This document shows positions 49,531 to 62,387 of a stretch of 64,000 nucleotides of DNA, in pieces (positions within the stretch are counted from its first letter, which is position 1; every line of letters begins with the position of its first letter). The stretch lies in contig NC_086097.1 in assembly GCF_963921235.1 (NCBI RefSeq), positions 166,720,001 through 166,784,000 on the forward strand. Direction: 5' to 3'. The stretch is from Mobula hypostoma. Its lineage: Eukaryota. The notes beneath the pieces were generated by a model. That model saw only the letters and a list, made by a program, of their open reading frames with translations. It did not search any database and was not told the DNA's origin. The position numbers and the translations under genes are program-made.

Positions 49531-49941
49531 TGTGGTCTGTGTACATTTAGGGGAAATCCATTAATCATAGGGAGAATGCACAAACTCTGCACAGGCCTCT
49601 CTGACTTAAGCTGGTCATTGGAGCTTTGAGGCAGCAGCTCTCCTATCTGTCCCACTGAGCCTGAGCCGGCTTTCATCTCACGGGGCAATGCATGACAACT
49701 GATCAAAGGTGAAAACATTTGGCAGAAGGACATCAGAAAGAAAGTTAGGGATTTTAAACAAGGGAAAAAGTGGGTGAAGACTGATTTAGCCACATTTACA
49801 GGGAAATAACACCAGGAATTATTACCTGCCAGAATTAACTGAGTGTATACCTAAACAACAGGAATTCTGCAGATGCTGGCAACACACATCAAAGTTGCTG
49901 GTGAACGCAGCAGGCCAGGCAGCATCTCTAGGAAGAGGTAC

Positions 49942-49977
49942 AGTCGAAGTTTCAGGCCGAGACCCTTCGTCAGGACT
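49942..49977 (-). ncRNA. Minimal hammerhead ribozyme motif, variant copy (sense to PIEZO2)
   Basis: AGUC-CUGACGA-AGG(GUCUCGG)CCU-GAAA-CUUC-GACU: perfect stem I, but GUC->UUC breaks the ACGU palindrome. Confidence 0.6.
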
Positions 49978-50843
49978 AACTGAAGGAAGAGTTAGTAAGA
50001 GATTTCAAAGTAGGAGGGGGAGGGTGAGATCCAAAATGATAGGAGAAGACAGGAGGGGGAGGAATGGAGCCAAGAGCTGGACAGGTGATTGGCAAAGGGA
50101 TATGAGAGGATCATGGGACAGGAGGTCCGGGGAGAAAGACAAGGTGGGGGGGAACCCAGAGGATGGGCAAGGGGTATAGTCAGAGGGACAGAGGGAGAAA
50201 AAGGAGAGTGAGAGAAAGAATGTGTGTATAAAAATAAATAACGGATGGGGTACGAGGGGGAGGTGGGGCATTAGCAGAAGTTAGAGAAGTTAATGTTCAT
50301 GCCATCAGGTTGGCGGCTACCCAGACGGAATATAAGGTGTTGTTCCTCCAACTTGAGTGCAGGTTCATCTTTACAGTAGAGGAGGCCGCGGATAGCCTCC
50401 TAGTTTAATTCCACATCCCATTCCCATTCTGACATGTCTACCCACGGCCTCCTCTACTGTAAAGATGAACCCACACTCAGGTTGGAGGAATGACACCTTA
50501 TATTCCGTCTGGGTAGTCTCCAACCTGATGGCATGAACATTGACTTCTCTAACTTCCGCTAATGCCCCACCTCCCGCTCGTACCCCATCCGTTATTTATT
50601 TTTATTCACACATTCATTTTCTCCCCCTCTGTCCCTCTGACTATACTCCTTGCCCATCCTCTGGTTCCCTCCCCCCCTTGTCTTTCTCCCTGGACCTCCT
50701 GTCCCATGATCCTCTCTTATCCCTTTTGCCTATCACCTGTCCAGCTCTTGGCTCCATCCCTCCCCCTCCTGTCTTTTCCTATCATTTTGGATCTCCCCCT
50801 CCCCCTCCCACTTTCAAATCTCTTACTAGTTCTTCCTTTAGTT

Positions 50844-50879
50844 AGTCCTGACGAAGGGTCTCGGCCTGAAACGTCAACT
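50844..50879 (+). ncRNA. Minimal type I hammerhead ribozyme motif (Penelope-associated)
   Basis: AGUC-CUGACGA-AGG(GUCUCGG)CCU-GAAA-CGUC-AACU: intact core, 3-bp stem II, palindromic ACGU stem III, one mismatch in stem I. Confidence 0.7.
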
Positions 50880-51194
50880 GTACCTCTTCCTAGAGATGCT
50901 GCCTGTATACCTAAGATGATTTTCTATAACATTATCACACAATTAAATATTCCCCTAGCAATCCTGCCCTACAAATGAGAAGCATTAAAATTTCATCAAT
51001 CCCATCTAGTCTTTATTTGCCCATTTGATGGGATAGAAACATGAAATTATGGATATTTACTGGAAAGGAGGAAACAATATAGCACAACAAGCTTGTGCCA
51101 GCTGAAAAAATGCTACAAAATTACATCCTGATAAAAGATACAAGAACAAAACAAAAGTCTTCACCAGAGCTTAAAGCTTGCAACAGTTACTTAC

Positions 51195-51438
51195 AGACAG
51201 AATATTCTTCATTGTGATCACAAATACGTTGTAGGCTATAAGACAATCCCAGTACTGCAGAATTATTTTAATGGGTTTTAATAAAAGCTCTCCACCAAAA
51301 AGTAGGAAATAAAAACAGGCAACCAGGTAACCCATGCAGAAGATGCTGATACGGGTAGTTCCTGTGATAAAGATGATTGTGAGCACGAACCAAAATAAGT
51401 AACTGAATCCAATAACTTTGATCATGTCCAGGTAAGAC
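51195..51438 (-). CDS. PIEZO2: PIEZO2 exon (244 nt, phase 2->0): SYLDMIKVIGFSYLFWFVLTIIFITGTTRISIF...MKNILS
   Basis: cacag|G ... TCT|gtaagt; lies within ORF 51171..51617; encodes transmembrane helices. Confidence 0.95.
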
Positions 51439-51854
51439 CTGTGTTTGAAAAAGATAAAAAAAAAATCAAGTGTTGGTTGCAAGACTATAAACATTACATT
51501 GATTTTAGTTAGTGAACTGAGTTCCAATAAGGAGTCCCAGACCTTAATTCCTAACTGCTCCTCTCTCTCTCTTACTTCTCTTTCCACAGATGCTACCTGA
51601 CCTGCTGCTTCCAGCACTTCTTACTTTTATTTCACATTTTCAGCACCTGTGTTTTTTTTCACCTTCTCTGAGTGAAAAACTTTGAAGAATATATAATTAA
51701 TGCAGGCAAACAGGATTAGCATAGATAGGGATGATGATTGGCAAAGATATGCAGAGCCTGTCTCTATGCAGTACAAATTTATGACCTATTAAGAGATATA
51801 TTTATATACAACAACATATACAGTGTGTGCATGTGTGTATATGTATGTATATAT

Positions 51855-51985
51855 ACACACACACATATATATAGTTGATATAAGTTATATAGTTAAATAT
51901 ACAGTGTAGATAAACACACACACACATATATAGTTGATATAAGTTATATAGTTAAATATACAGTGTAGATAAACACACACACACA
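51855..51985. repeat. About 59-bp tandem duplication bounded by (CA)n/(TA)n
   Basis: TAGTTGATATAAGTTATATAGTTAAATATACAGTGTAGATAAAC at 51872 and 51931. Confidence 0.9.
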
Positions 51986-54018
51986 GAGTGGATTTCAGTT
52001 AATTGGGGCAGCTACTTATTTGGGACAACTCTTAAAGAACAAAAGCAAATTGAGAAAATAGCCAGGATCGGGACTCCCTTCACTTATTTGAGACACTATG
52101 CTGTTTAATCGGGGCAGGAGCCTGTTGCCAATTTCTAACTGGCATCAGTCGTGTGTACGTGATGTGGCTCTACACTGTGCTTAAAGCAGACAGTCTTTAA
52201 TAGTGTCACTGATCATTGGTGAGAAATAAGCAGCAAGACAATTCAGAACCGTTTTGCTCAGTGCAGTTTCAAGCATTTTGGCTTGGAGATGCCAGAAACG
52301 GCCAGGAGTGAAAATGAAGTGATTTCACTACTCAGCAAGTTAGGAACTGCAAATAGTTTGAAGGTATTGAAATCATAGAAATATAGAAAATAGGTGCAGG
52401 AGTAGGCCATTCGGCCCTTTGAGCCTGCACCGCCATTCAGTATGATCATGGCTGATCATCCAACTCAGAACCCTGCACCAGCCTTCCCTCCATACCCCTT
52501 GATCCCTTTAGCCACAAGGGCCATATCTAACTCCCTCTTAAATATATCCAATGAACTGGCCTCAACTGTTTCCTGTGGCAGAGAGTTCCACAGATTCACC
52601 ACTCTCTGTGTGAAGAAGTTTTTCCTAATCTCGGTCCTAAAAGGCTTCCCCTTTATCCTCAAACTGTGACCCCTCATTCTGGACTTCCCCAACATCGGGA
52701 ACAATCTTCCTGCATCTAGCCTGTCCAATCCCTTTAGGATTTTATATATTTCAATCAGATCCCCCCTCAATCTTCTAAATTCCAACGAGTATAAGCCTAG
52801 TTCATCCAGTCTTTCATCATATGAAAGTCCTGCCATCCCAGGAATCAATCTGGTGAACCTTCTTTGTACTCCCTCTATGGCAAGGATGTCTTTCCTCAGA
52901 TTAGGGGACAAAAACTGCACACAATACTCCAGGCGTGGTCTCACCAAGGCCTTGTACAACTGCAGTAGTACCTCCCTGCTCCTGTACTCGAATCCTCTTG
53001 CTATAAATGCCAGCATACCATTCGCCTTTTTCACCGCCTGCTGTACCTGCATGCCCACTTTCAATGACTGGTGTATAATGACACCCAGGTCTCGTTGCAC
53101 CTCCCCTTTTCCTAATCGGCCACCATTCAGATAATAATCTGTTTTCCTGTTTTTGCCACCAAAGTGGATAACTTCACATTTATCCACATTAAATTGCATC
53201 TGCCATGAATCTGCCCACTCACCTAACCTATGCAAGTCACCCTGCATCCTCTTAGCATCCTCCTCACAGCTAGCACTGCCGCCCAGCTTCGTGTCATCCG
53301 CAAACTTGGAGATGCTGCATTTAATTCCCTCATCCAAGTCATTAATATATATTGTAAACAACTGGGGTCCCAGCACTGAACCCTGCGGTACCCCACTAGT
53401 CACTGCCTGCCATTCTGAAAAGGTCCCATTTATTCCCACTCTTTGCTTCCTGTCTGCCAACCAACTCTCTATCCACATCAATACCTTACCCCCAATACCT
53501 TGTGCTTTAAGTTTGCACACTAATCTCCTGTGTGGGACCCTGTCAAAAGCCTTTTGAAAATCCAAGTATACCACATCCACTGGTTCTCCCCTATCCACTC
53601 TACTAGTTACATCCTCAAAAAATTCTATGAGATTCGTCAGACATGATTTTCCTTTCACAAATCCATGCTGACTTTGTCCAATGATATCACTGCTTTCCAA
53701 ATGTGCTGTTATCACATCTTTGATCCAATCACTGAATGCATTGCATGAAGGCAGTCCACTATCAACACTGATTTTGTTCATTCACAGTCAGTCAAAAGAA
53801 CACTGAATGAATCCTCCATCGATAACTATTAAGAATGAATACATTATTTTATAGTACTATTGTAGTTTTGGTAGTGTCCTAATTTGATTTGTATTTTATT
53901 TAAATGCATAATTTATTACTCAGTTAAATGGTAGTTTGCATTTTTTATACCTTTTCAACTATTTCAATGAAACTTTGGCTAATTGGACCAGCCAAAAGGT
54001 ACTGGTCCCAATGAACCG
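51986..54018. mobile_element. Non-autonomous pogo/Tigger-like DNA transposon split by a CR1
   Basis: Left end GTGGATTTCAGTTAATTGGGGC and right GTCCCAATGAACCG are imperfect inverted repeats; right tip lost in the purine repeat. Confidence 0.55.
52374..53722 (-). mobile_element. Young 5'-truncated CR1 LINE with uninterrupted RT/C-terminal frame
   Basis: ORF 52465..53781: QHGFVKGKSCLTNL, YLDFQKAFD, GVPQGSVLGP, FADDTK; TTTCTATA-type tail. Confidence 0.95.
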
Positions 54019-54019
54019 C

Positions 54020-54180
54020 GGGAGAGGGGAGGGGGAGAGGGAAGAGGGGGGAGAGGGGAGGGGGAGAGGGAGGAGGGGGGAGGGGGGAGGGGAGAGGGGA
54101 GAGGGGAGAGGGGAGAGGGGAGAGGGGAGAGGGGAGAGGGGAGAGGGGAGAGGGGAGAGGGGAGAGGGGAGAGGGGGAGC
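54020..54180. repeat. Polypurine (GAGGGGA)n tract
   Basis: About 160 nt of G/A only, with a regular 7-mer in the 3' half. Confidence 0.95.
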
Positions 54181-54365
54181 GAGTGTGTGTGTATTCACTT
54201 ATGAACTATGACAAGTTTGGCTATAAATAAATTCCCTTTCTGATGATGATGCTTACTACTTTCAATAAATTCAGTAGATAGAGAATAGTGAGCATTAGCA
54301 CATGTTAGAGTTGCTACTGGTCTCCCAGTAAATATGAAAGCTGTCGACCAGAGTTTATGCTTCAC

Positions 54366-54531
54366 CTGCAATGAATAAAGTCTGGTACTGGGTTGTGTTG
54401 ACTGAATGTCGCTGCATCCAGATCTCTGCAGATCTCCACATTGTCCCCAGCAACGATCCTCACTGCAGCTTTGTTTTCATCTTCAAACACCTGCCACTGT
54501 AGTGACGCACACAGCAACATCATAAAGTCAT
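54366..54531 (-). CDS. PIEZO2: PIEZO2 exon (166 nt, phase 1->2): (Y)DFMMLLCASLQWQVFEDENKAAVR...HNPVPDFIHC
   Basis: ttttcag|AT ... TGCAG|gtgaa; lies within ORF 54362..54580. Confidence 0.95.
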
Positions 54532-55983
54532 CTGAAAAACAGTGTTTTATGTGACTCCGATAGATATTCCTGTCAGACACAAGGGGAATTGTTGCAACTG
54601 AACATATGAATTAGGGTATATGGTCCTGGCTCTACCAATCAACAAGAATGTGGCTGATTGATTGTAACTTTCGCTCTACGTTTGAGTCTACCTTTCAATC
54701 CACAACTTATCAACAACACATCTACTGCTGTTTAAAAATAATTTGACACTGTTTCATCATTACCCTTTGAGGGACAGATTTCCATAAACTCTCATCACTC
54801 AGAGAGAAAAAAAGCTTTCTTTATCTCTGTCTTATTTTTATACAGAAATCCCTAGTTCTAGATACTCCACAGGTGGATACTTGCCCATGTCATCCACCAT
54901 GTTACACCATTTGCCACACTTTAAAATACCCTGCATTAATTAAAAGGTCTGGTATTACAATCTCCTTTCCTTTCTCCACAGACTGCCCAGATTGATCATC
55001 TTTCTCTTTCAAAAGATTCCTTTTCTTCCCTACAGTTCAAAACACGGAAACTCTAATCTTTATGGATACATTAGCAAACAATGTGGTCTTTAAGATTACA
55101 ATTGTTTCGGCTGTCGGAAATGTTCTGATATACAAGTTCAGACAGCTTGATTTTTTTTCTTGGGCCTGAAACGATGTCAGGGTCAGTTTATCCCATTCTG
55201 TGGCCAGTGTCCAGCATGGACTTATCAGGCTGTGTTGGTCTATGATACTGTTGCAGAAATACAATCAGCCTCTTCATCCTTATGTCAATAATGTAAATTC
55301 CACACCTTTGGTATATATGATGATGATGATGCTCCCATCCATGCATCTTTAGCAATTATGATATATTATTCTGAGGAAAACTGGTACTGCTTCCTCTTGG
55401 AATGTCCATGCTTTAATAATGATGATCCCTTCGCAGGAAATGTTCTACAATTGGACTGTCACAGCCCACTAGAGGGAGTCAGATAATTTTTATAAACTAA
55501 CAACTTGTTTACCATCTTCTGGCATGGAATCCTTCCCAAAAAACTACGTGGCAATCTCCCCAGGCATGAATTCCTGCTTTCTGCATATCCCTTCACTAAC
55601 CAGATGACAGATCCCCTGGGAATCGACCATTTTTACCCCTGGCACAGATTCAGTGAACAATCCACCAAGAAGATAACATCCATCATCAAAGATCTCCACC
55701 ATCTCGGTCATCTCTTCACAGCTACCACCGGGCAGGAAATTCAAGAACAGCTACTTCCCTTCAACCATTCAGTTCCTGAAGCAGCCAGCCTGCACAACCC
55801 TATTCACTGCAGTTTCACAACACTCTGACTACTCTGATCACTTCGCATGAATTGTGGTCTTTCTTGTAAACATTGAGTACAATTTACGTTTAATTTATGT
55901 TTCCATCATGAATGTTGAGTATTTTCATACTAAATGCCTGTAATGCTGCTGTTAGTAAGTTTTTCATTGTACTTGTACATCCA

Positions 55984-58900
55984 TCAGCTCCAAGCGTTGT
56001 GGTTTCCATGCCATTGGAATCAGTTGGTTGATTTGTGAAGTATCGTGTACTTCTTGGAGTGCAACATCAAGTACACGTTAAACAAATACACGCACAGGCG
56101 TCTTCTTCAAGTCTTTCGTCGATCGGGGGAGCGCGACGGGAACAGGCAATGTGATGGCTGGAAGCTCCTAGTCAAGAACCGGCAAGAAAGCGTTGAATAC
56201 TTGATTCAGTTGCTCAACTTTTGGACAGAAGCAGGAAAGTTGTTCCGCAGCCCTATTTAGGATCCACTCTGCACACCCCGAACTGGGAAGGGGCTAGAAA
56301 AGGTGCCCTAAAAATAATCTGTTTCACCCCATCCTGTCTGGAAAGCCGCGTCCAGAGGGATCACCATCATGCTGTCAAAAAACATCGAGAAGTGAAACTA
56401 TGAAATTTGGAACCTGGAATATATGAACGCTGATGGATAACCCAAACTCAGACCGACCAGAGAGGCCTTTGTTGCCAGGGAACTCCAAAAATTCAACTTT
56501 AACAATGTTGCTCTGAGTGAGATCCACAGAGCTGGAGGAGGGTAACTTAAGGAAGAGCAAGGTCAATACATCTTTTTCTGGAAAGGACTTGATCCTGAAC
56601 AACCGAGGATCCATGGAGTAGGTTTTGCCATCCAAAACAGCCTACTTCAGAAGCTGACAGAGCAACCATTGGGAATCAACAAACGTCTCATGACTCTGCG
56701 AATCCAGCTTGTCAAGAACCAACACGCCACCATCATCAGCGCCTACGCTCCAACTCTGGACACTGAAGATGCAGTAAAGATGAACTTTTACGCCCAACTT
56801 GACCACATCCTTTCCTCTGTTCCCAACAACGACAAGGTCATTCTCTTGAGAGACTTCGATGCCAGAGTCGGGAAAGATCATAGGCTCTGGACTGGAATAA
56901 TAAGCAAGGAAGGAGTTGGCAAGGTCAATGCCAATGGAACACTCCTCTCCAAATGTGCTGAACACAACCTGGTGATTACAAACACCCTACTTCACCAGAA
57001 AAACAGGCACAAAGTCTTCTGGCAGCATCCACACTCCAACCATTAGCACCTGAACGACTACATCATCGTACGATCTCAGGACCAACAAGATGTACTGATA
57101 ACAAGAGCTGTTACTGGTGCTGACGAGTGCTGGCAGACCATTGACCTCAACTCGTCCACCATGAGAATGAAGACTTGGTCCAAAAGGAAACACCAAAATT
57201 GGAACATCATTAAGAAATTTAATGTTGACATCCTTCAAGACATCAACTATGTACAGAAGTTCCAATAAAATCTTCAAGAACAACTGCATCAACAAATCCC
57301 ACCATCTGTAGAAGACCACTGTAGAAGAACACTATCATTACCTCCTGCAAAGAAACAATTGGGTTCAAGATGAAAAAACATCAGGATTGGTTCGATGATA
57401 ACAACAAACTACTCTAACAACTCAACAACGAAAAGAGAAAAGCTTTCATTACCTTACAAAATGACCAACAATCGGCTACCAAAAGGAAACGCTATCAAGA
57501 ATAAAAGGCTGCAGTCCAGAAGAGCACCCGAAACCTGAAAAACCAATGGTGGAGGAAGAAAGCTCAGGAAATCCAACAACTAGCAGACGCCAATGACATT
57601 CGAGGCTTTTTCAACGCAACTAAAGCTATTTTTGGCCCAGCCACTCATGGTCAAGCCCCTCTCAAAAGCCAAGATGGTTCAACCATCATGAAGAGCAATG
57701 CTGATATCAATTCTAGATGGAGAGAGCACTTTGAATATCTTCTAAATCAAACCGTCTCATTTGACAGGAATGTGATTAACAACATTCCAAAACAGCCCAT
57801 TGACGACTCCCTAAGCAAAATACCAACACTTGAAGAAGTCAAGGAAGCTATCAAAACTTTGAAAAACAACAAGGCCGCTGGACTCGATGGAATACCAGCC
57901 GAGGTCTACAAAATTGCAGGTAACCCGCTTCATTATCAACTGCATCAACTTCGCATCAAGATCTGGATAAATGAAAACGTACCAGAAGACTTTAGAGACT
58001 CAGCAGTCGTTACCATCTACAAAAGGAAAGGCGATCGATCTGAATGTGGAAACTATCATGGAATTTCCCTGTTAGCAACAGCAGGAAAGATCCTCACCCG
58101 CATCATGAACAACCGGCTCAAGCCTTTAGCCGAGAAGATCCTTCCAGAGACACAAGTTGGTTTTAGACCATCACGTGGAACAATCGACATGATCTTCACA
58201 ATGCGACAACTACAAGAAAAATATCGTAAACAACTTCAGTCTTTGTACATGGCATTCATCGACCTCATCAAAGCCTTTGACTGAGTATCAAGGGAACTCC
58301 TATGGGATGTCCTATCCACCTCTGGATGCCCCGAAAAGTACATTCGAATCCTGAGACTCCTCCACGATGGCTTGCTTGCCACAGTCATGGTCAGCAACAG
58401 TAACTGTGAGCTTTTTCAAGTTAGATCAGGAGTAAAACAGGGATGCGTGATTGCCCCAACTTCGTTCACCATCTTCATTGCGACAATCATCCACATTATC
58501 AAGGACAACCTACCCCCAGGAATCGAAATTGTCTACAGAACAGATGGCAGACTTTTCAATCTTGCCCGTCTCAAGTGCAAAAACAAGACATCCACGAGTT
58601 CCCTCATCGAGTTCCAATACGCAGATGACAACAGTGTTGCAGCTCTTTCAGAAAACCACCTACAACAGATTTTGACTGCCTTCAACTGTGCATACACGAA
58701 ACTTGGACTTACCATCATTTCCAAGAAGACTCAGATCATCTACCAACCGAGACAAATTGGATAGAACCATCAATTCAACTTGGCGAAACAACCATGGAAA
58801 ACGTGGACCACTTTCCATATCTTGGAATTCATCTCTCCTCCAATGTCGACCTTAATGACGAGATCCAACATCGTCTTAAATGCGCTGGAACAGCTTTTGG

Positions 58901-59613
58901 ACATCTCCGAACAAGAGTCTTTCATGATCGTGACATCTGAACAGACACCAAAATGTTAGTGTACAAAGCAGTGGTAATCCCAACGCTCCTGTATGCATCA
59001 GAAACCTGGACAGCATACCGACGACATCTGAAGGCACTTGAAAAGTTCCATCAACGTTGTCTTCGAAACATCTTAAATATCAGCTGGGAAGATAGAAGAA
59101 CCAACGTCAGCGTGCTAAATGAAGCAAAAAGAACAAGCATTGAAGCCTACGTCATCAAGAACCAACTAAGGTGGAGTGGTCATATTGTTTGGATGAAAGA
59201 TGAACGTCTGCCGAAACAAATCTTCTACTCCCAGCTTAAAGAAGGCAAACACAAAAGAGGCAGACAACAGAAGAGATTCAAAGACGTCTTAAAAGCCAAC
59301 ATGAAAAAATGTAACATCGACATCAACAATTCGGAAATCAATGCCAAGGACAGGAAACTCTGGCAAGCCATCATCCAAGAAGGAACAGCAACTTCCGAAG
59401 CCAATAGATGCACAGAATTAGAAGAAAAGAGAAGGAAATGGAAAGAGAGGCAGCAACAACCAAAGCCCGATCTGCCATCTGGAACTACTTGTCCTGAATG
59501 TGGAAGAATTTTCAAAGCCAAGATTGGATTCATAAGCCACTTGAGAGCCCATAAATAGATCAACAGAACGAAAACCATCATCCTCGACCTCGAGGGATAG
59601 CCACGACGATGAC
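55984..59613 (+). mobile_element. Near full-length RTE-clade LINE (APE endonuclease, RT, C2H2 finger), disabled
   Basis: FGTWNI, IISAYAPT, KAAGLDGIPAE, AFIDLIKAFD, GVKQGCVIAP, YADD, CPECGRIFKAKIGFISHLRAH; short (GAC/GAT)n tail. Confidence 0.93.
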
Positions 59614-60419
59614 AACACTTATGTACTTGCACACATAACAATAAACTTGACATTGACTTTGATCTAATGGGAACCCATCATTCCCAGGGTCTGGTTGCTG
59701 CACACTCCACTACTGACCTCTCAGCACCCTCACTACCCTACTGATACCCCATGAGGCCTCAATCTCAGTCCATCACACTACCCCAACCCAGGCTCCAATT
59801 GCCATCAGCACAGACACTACCATCACCTCACTCCTTTCCTCCTCAAAATACAGAATTCAGCCTCCTCCCCAACCCACTCCTGTTCCTATCACCTGGGCAA
59901 CGATTTTCCATAACGCAACCACCCCGCAGCCCAGTGACAGATATCTATCATCCCTGTACGGCTTCAGGCAACGTGATTACCAACCAATGGAAGGAAACAC
60001 AAACAGAAAATGCTGGAAAATCTGAGCAAACCAGACATCTGTCGAGAAAAAAAAACAGCCAATATTTTAAGCTTGTGGCCCTTCCAAAAGTTTTCCAGAA
60101 TTTTCTGCTTCAGATTTCCAACATCTACAATTTGCTTTTTTTTAAACTTTCCATTAGTTGTCTACTGAGAACTTCCGCTTGCTTGATTATTTAATTGGAA
60201 CTTTCTCTGGTTGTGACTCCATGATTCAAAGACAGAGCATTATTTTTACCCAGAGTTTTGTCATATTGTAATTTCAGCATAATATTTAATCCTTATTAAA
60301 TGAATATTATAGTTGCAATTGTTTAATTGTTTGTTTCACTAATTTTGTATTTCATAGCTGTGGGAAGTTATCCATGAATATAACTTGAACCCAGTATTCA
60401 GCTAATAAGCAAGCAAGTG

Positions 60420-60690
60420 CAAATACAAATGACTGCAGATGCCGGATTCTGGAGTGAAAAACAAACTGATGACGAACCTCAGCAACTGAGCAGCATCTGT
60501 GGCTGGAAAAGCATTGTCCATGTTTTAGGTCAAGGCTCTACATTAGGCCTGTAAATTTAGTATCTGTCCTAATGCAGGATCTTGACTTGAAATGTGAACA
60601 ATTCTTCCAACCCACACTCCCCCACTTGCACCCCACCCAGCACAGATGCTGCTTGACCCACTGAGGTCCTCCAGCAGTTACTTGCAAGCA
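60420..60690. mobile_element. Old palindromic Penelope-like terminus derivative
   Basis: CTGCAGATGCCGG start; arms GAGCAGCATCTGTG / CACAGATGCTGCTT; decayed hammerhead-like core near 60568-60600. Confidence 0.6.
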
Positions 60691-60918
60691 TTGCAGTGTA
60701 ATGGTCCAAAGCAGAGAATATGGATTTTTATAGTCTCTGGTGGAAGCAGATGATACTAGATTATAAAATAGACAGAGCTTTGAAATCACAACAATAAATA
60801 AAATAGATGCTGTTAAACACCAACAAGACGTAGACTTGTTGAGAGCTGAAGGAATTCTGACTTACTTCTAAATTCAATCTCTAACACGAATGATATTCGA
60901 AACATTCTATGTACTCAC

Positions 60919-61020
60919 AGATAAGAAACATTGGATTAGGATTTATGATGAAATCTGGAAAGTACAACCACTTAATAAAGTTCGAATTAATGTTGGCACT
61001 AGCAAATCTCCATGGATACT
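60919..61020 (-). CDS. PIEZO2: PIEZO2 exon (102 nt, phase 1->1): (E)YPWRFASANINSNFIKWLYFPDFIINPNPMFLI
   Basis: tttcag|AG ... ATCT|gtgagt; matches DYPWRF...IKWLYFPDF..PNP.FL; not in the ORF track, read manually. Confidence 0.95.
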
Positions 61021-62182
61021 CTGAAACACAAAAGCAATACAATTAAATGCATCATTTGGTATTTAGGGATTGAAATGGATTAGTCTATATTTCATTTTGG
61101 AATGCTTTGCTGTCACTAAGATCAAAAACAAGAATGTAGACTGACTAAAAACATATCTTGCTATTTCAGCTGTGAATGGCTTGCGAGCTGTACATTGTTT
61201 TCCTGCCCTGGTTATGTTATTTCAACCAAGTCTATTCCATGAAAAAAATGTTTCTCTCTTAACTGATTAGATGGCTGTAATATTTGTTTCTTCCCTTGAT
61301 GCCATCAACAATTGTTGGAAGAGAATTAGTTGTACGTTTATTTGTCAGAAGTATGTAACTCTATCTTCTTCAGAGATATAAAGAGACATAACAACATTAG
61401 CCTGTCAACCATGCTTAGCTGTGCTAAGAGAGGTGAGATCAATGTGTGTGTGGTAAACCTTCCCTGGCAGTTAAAACCTTTTGATGGCTTCTATTCCCCT
61501 CCTCTACAGGATTAAGCCTGCACTCCCTGGTGGCCCTCTACAACAAACTTGCTGGGTTGCTGAATAGTGAGAAAATTGGTCTCATAAAATAAGGTTGTAT
61601 GTTTGAACCATGTTGGGACTTTGCTTCAGTATTTGTTTGAGTACACCATTTCTTGGTTGAAAATCCAAGTATACCAACACGTTTGTACATTTGTCTCAGT
61701 AGAAAAAATATGAACATTATGATTTATGCCCAACTTCCATGGAAACAGGGAGAGTAACTTTCATTGAATAATAACTCTTGATTATTGTCTTAAATTGCTA
61801 TTTGTTAATAATTTATTTAAATTAAAGAAATATCAGACCCCTACTATCTAATGTCTTAAATTTAACAATAATTCATTAAGAAAAACTGACTGCGATTTAT
61901 ATTGTGCTTTCTAGACCTCAGGACATTCCAATCTGCTCTACAGCCAACAAGTGCTTTGGAAATATAGTCACCAGAATAATGGGCGAAATGAGCCATTCAG
62001 TGTTTTGCTAAACATAGAGCAAATTGATAATGGCCAAGTTAACTGTTTGAAGTCTTGGTTTGGATTTCACGGTTAACTTGCACATCTCTTTCTTTAAGCT
62101 GTACTATGAAGCCCTTTATCAAGTGGAATATTAATTTTTTCAAGTAAAGATTACAATCAGTTCAGAAGATCATGACTTGTAC

Positions 62183-62387
62183 CTTTGCAAGCAGCGGGTG
62201 GGATGCCAATGCAGAGCAGGTATTGGAAGGTCAGAATGCATGCCAGGAAGCAGCAGTATTTTGGCCAGATCTCAGCAATGGCTTTCCTGCGACGTCGGTA
62301 GAGTAATGCAAATAGCCAAAAGGCATGAAGCATGGCATACAGATCCATCCGTTGGCCAATCACATTGACTGTCATGAGGAAACATAT
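62183..62387 (-). CDS. PIEZO2: PIEZO2 exon (205 nt, phase 0->1): ICFLMTVNVIGQRMDLY...CIGIPPAACK
   Basis: cag|ATA ... AAAG|gtac; near-identical to human TCFLMSVNVIGQRMDFYAMIHACWLIAVLYRRRRKAIAEIWPKYCCFLAC. Confidence 0.95.

Larger units (their letters stand above)
49855..50903. mobile_element. Penelope-like element remnant with inverted terminal arms (about 490 bp paired)
   Basis: 49915-50395 is the reverse complement of 50437-50905; encodes HLIFRLGSLQPDGMNIDFSNFR* (GIY-YIG C-terminus type); 11-bp TSD TGTATACCTAA at 49844-49854 and 50904-50914. Confidence 0.85.
602..62387 (-). other. PIEZO2: PIEZO2 gene, internal segment (15 coding exons; gene continues beyond both window ends)
   Basis: All 15 exons have AG/GT boundaries and compatible phases, giving one continuous frame. 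Motifs such as WWRPWVDHASMVRSGDYYLFETDSEEE, SRGAELFQATIVKAVKAR and HNPVPDFIHCRSYLD match PIEZO2 rather than PIEZO1. Confidence 0.95.

Noticed and set aside
49895..50978. Several 88-138 aa ORFs on both strands
   Set aside because: Low-complexity frames through the Penelope-like 3' region, duplicated by the inversion
53936..54211. ORFs with (RGERGEG)n or (PLPSPLS)n repeats
   Set aside because: Translations of the purine simple repeat; no splice or coding context
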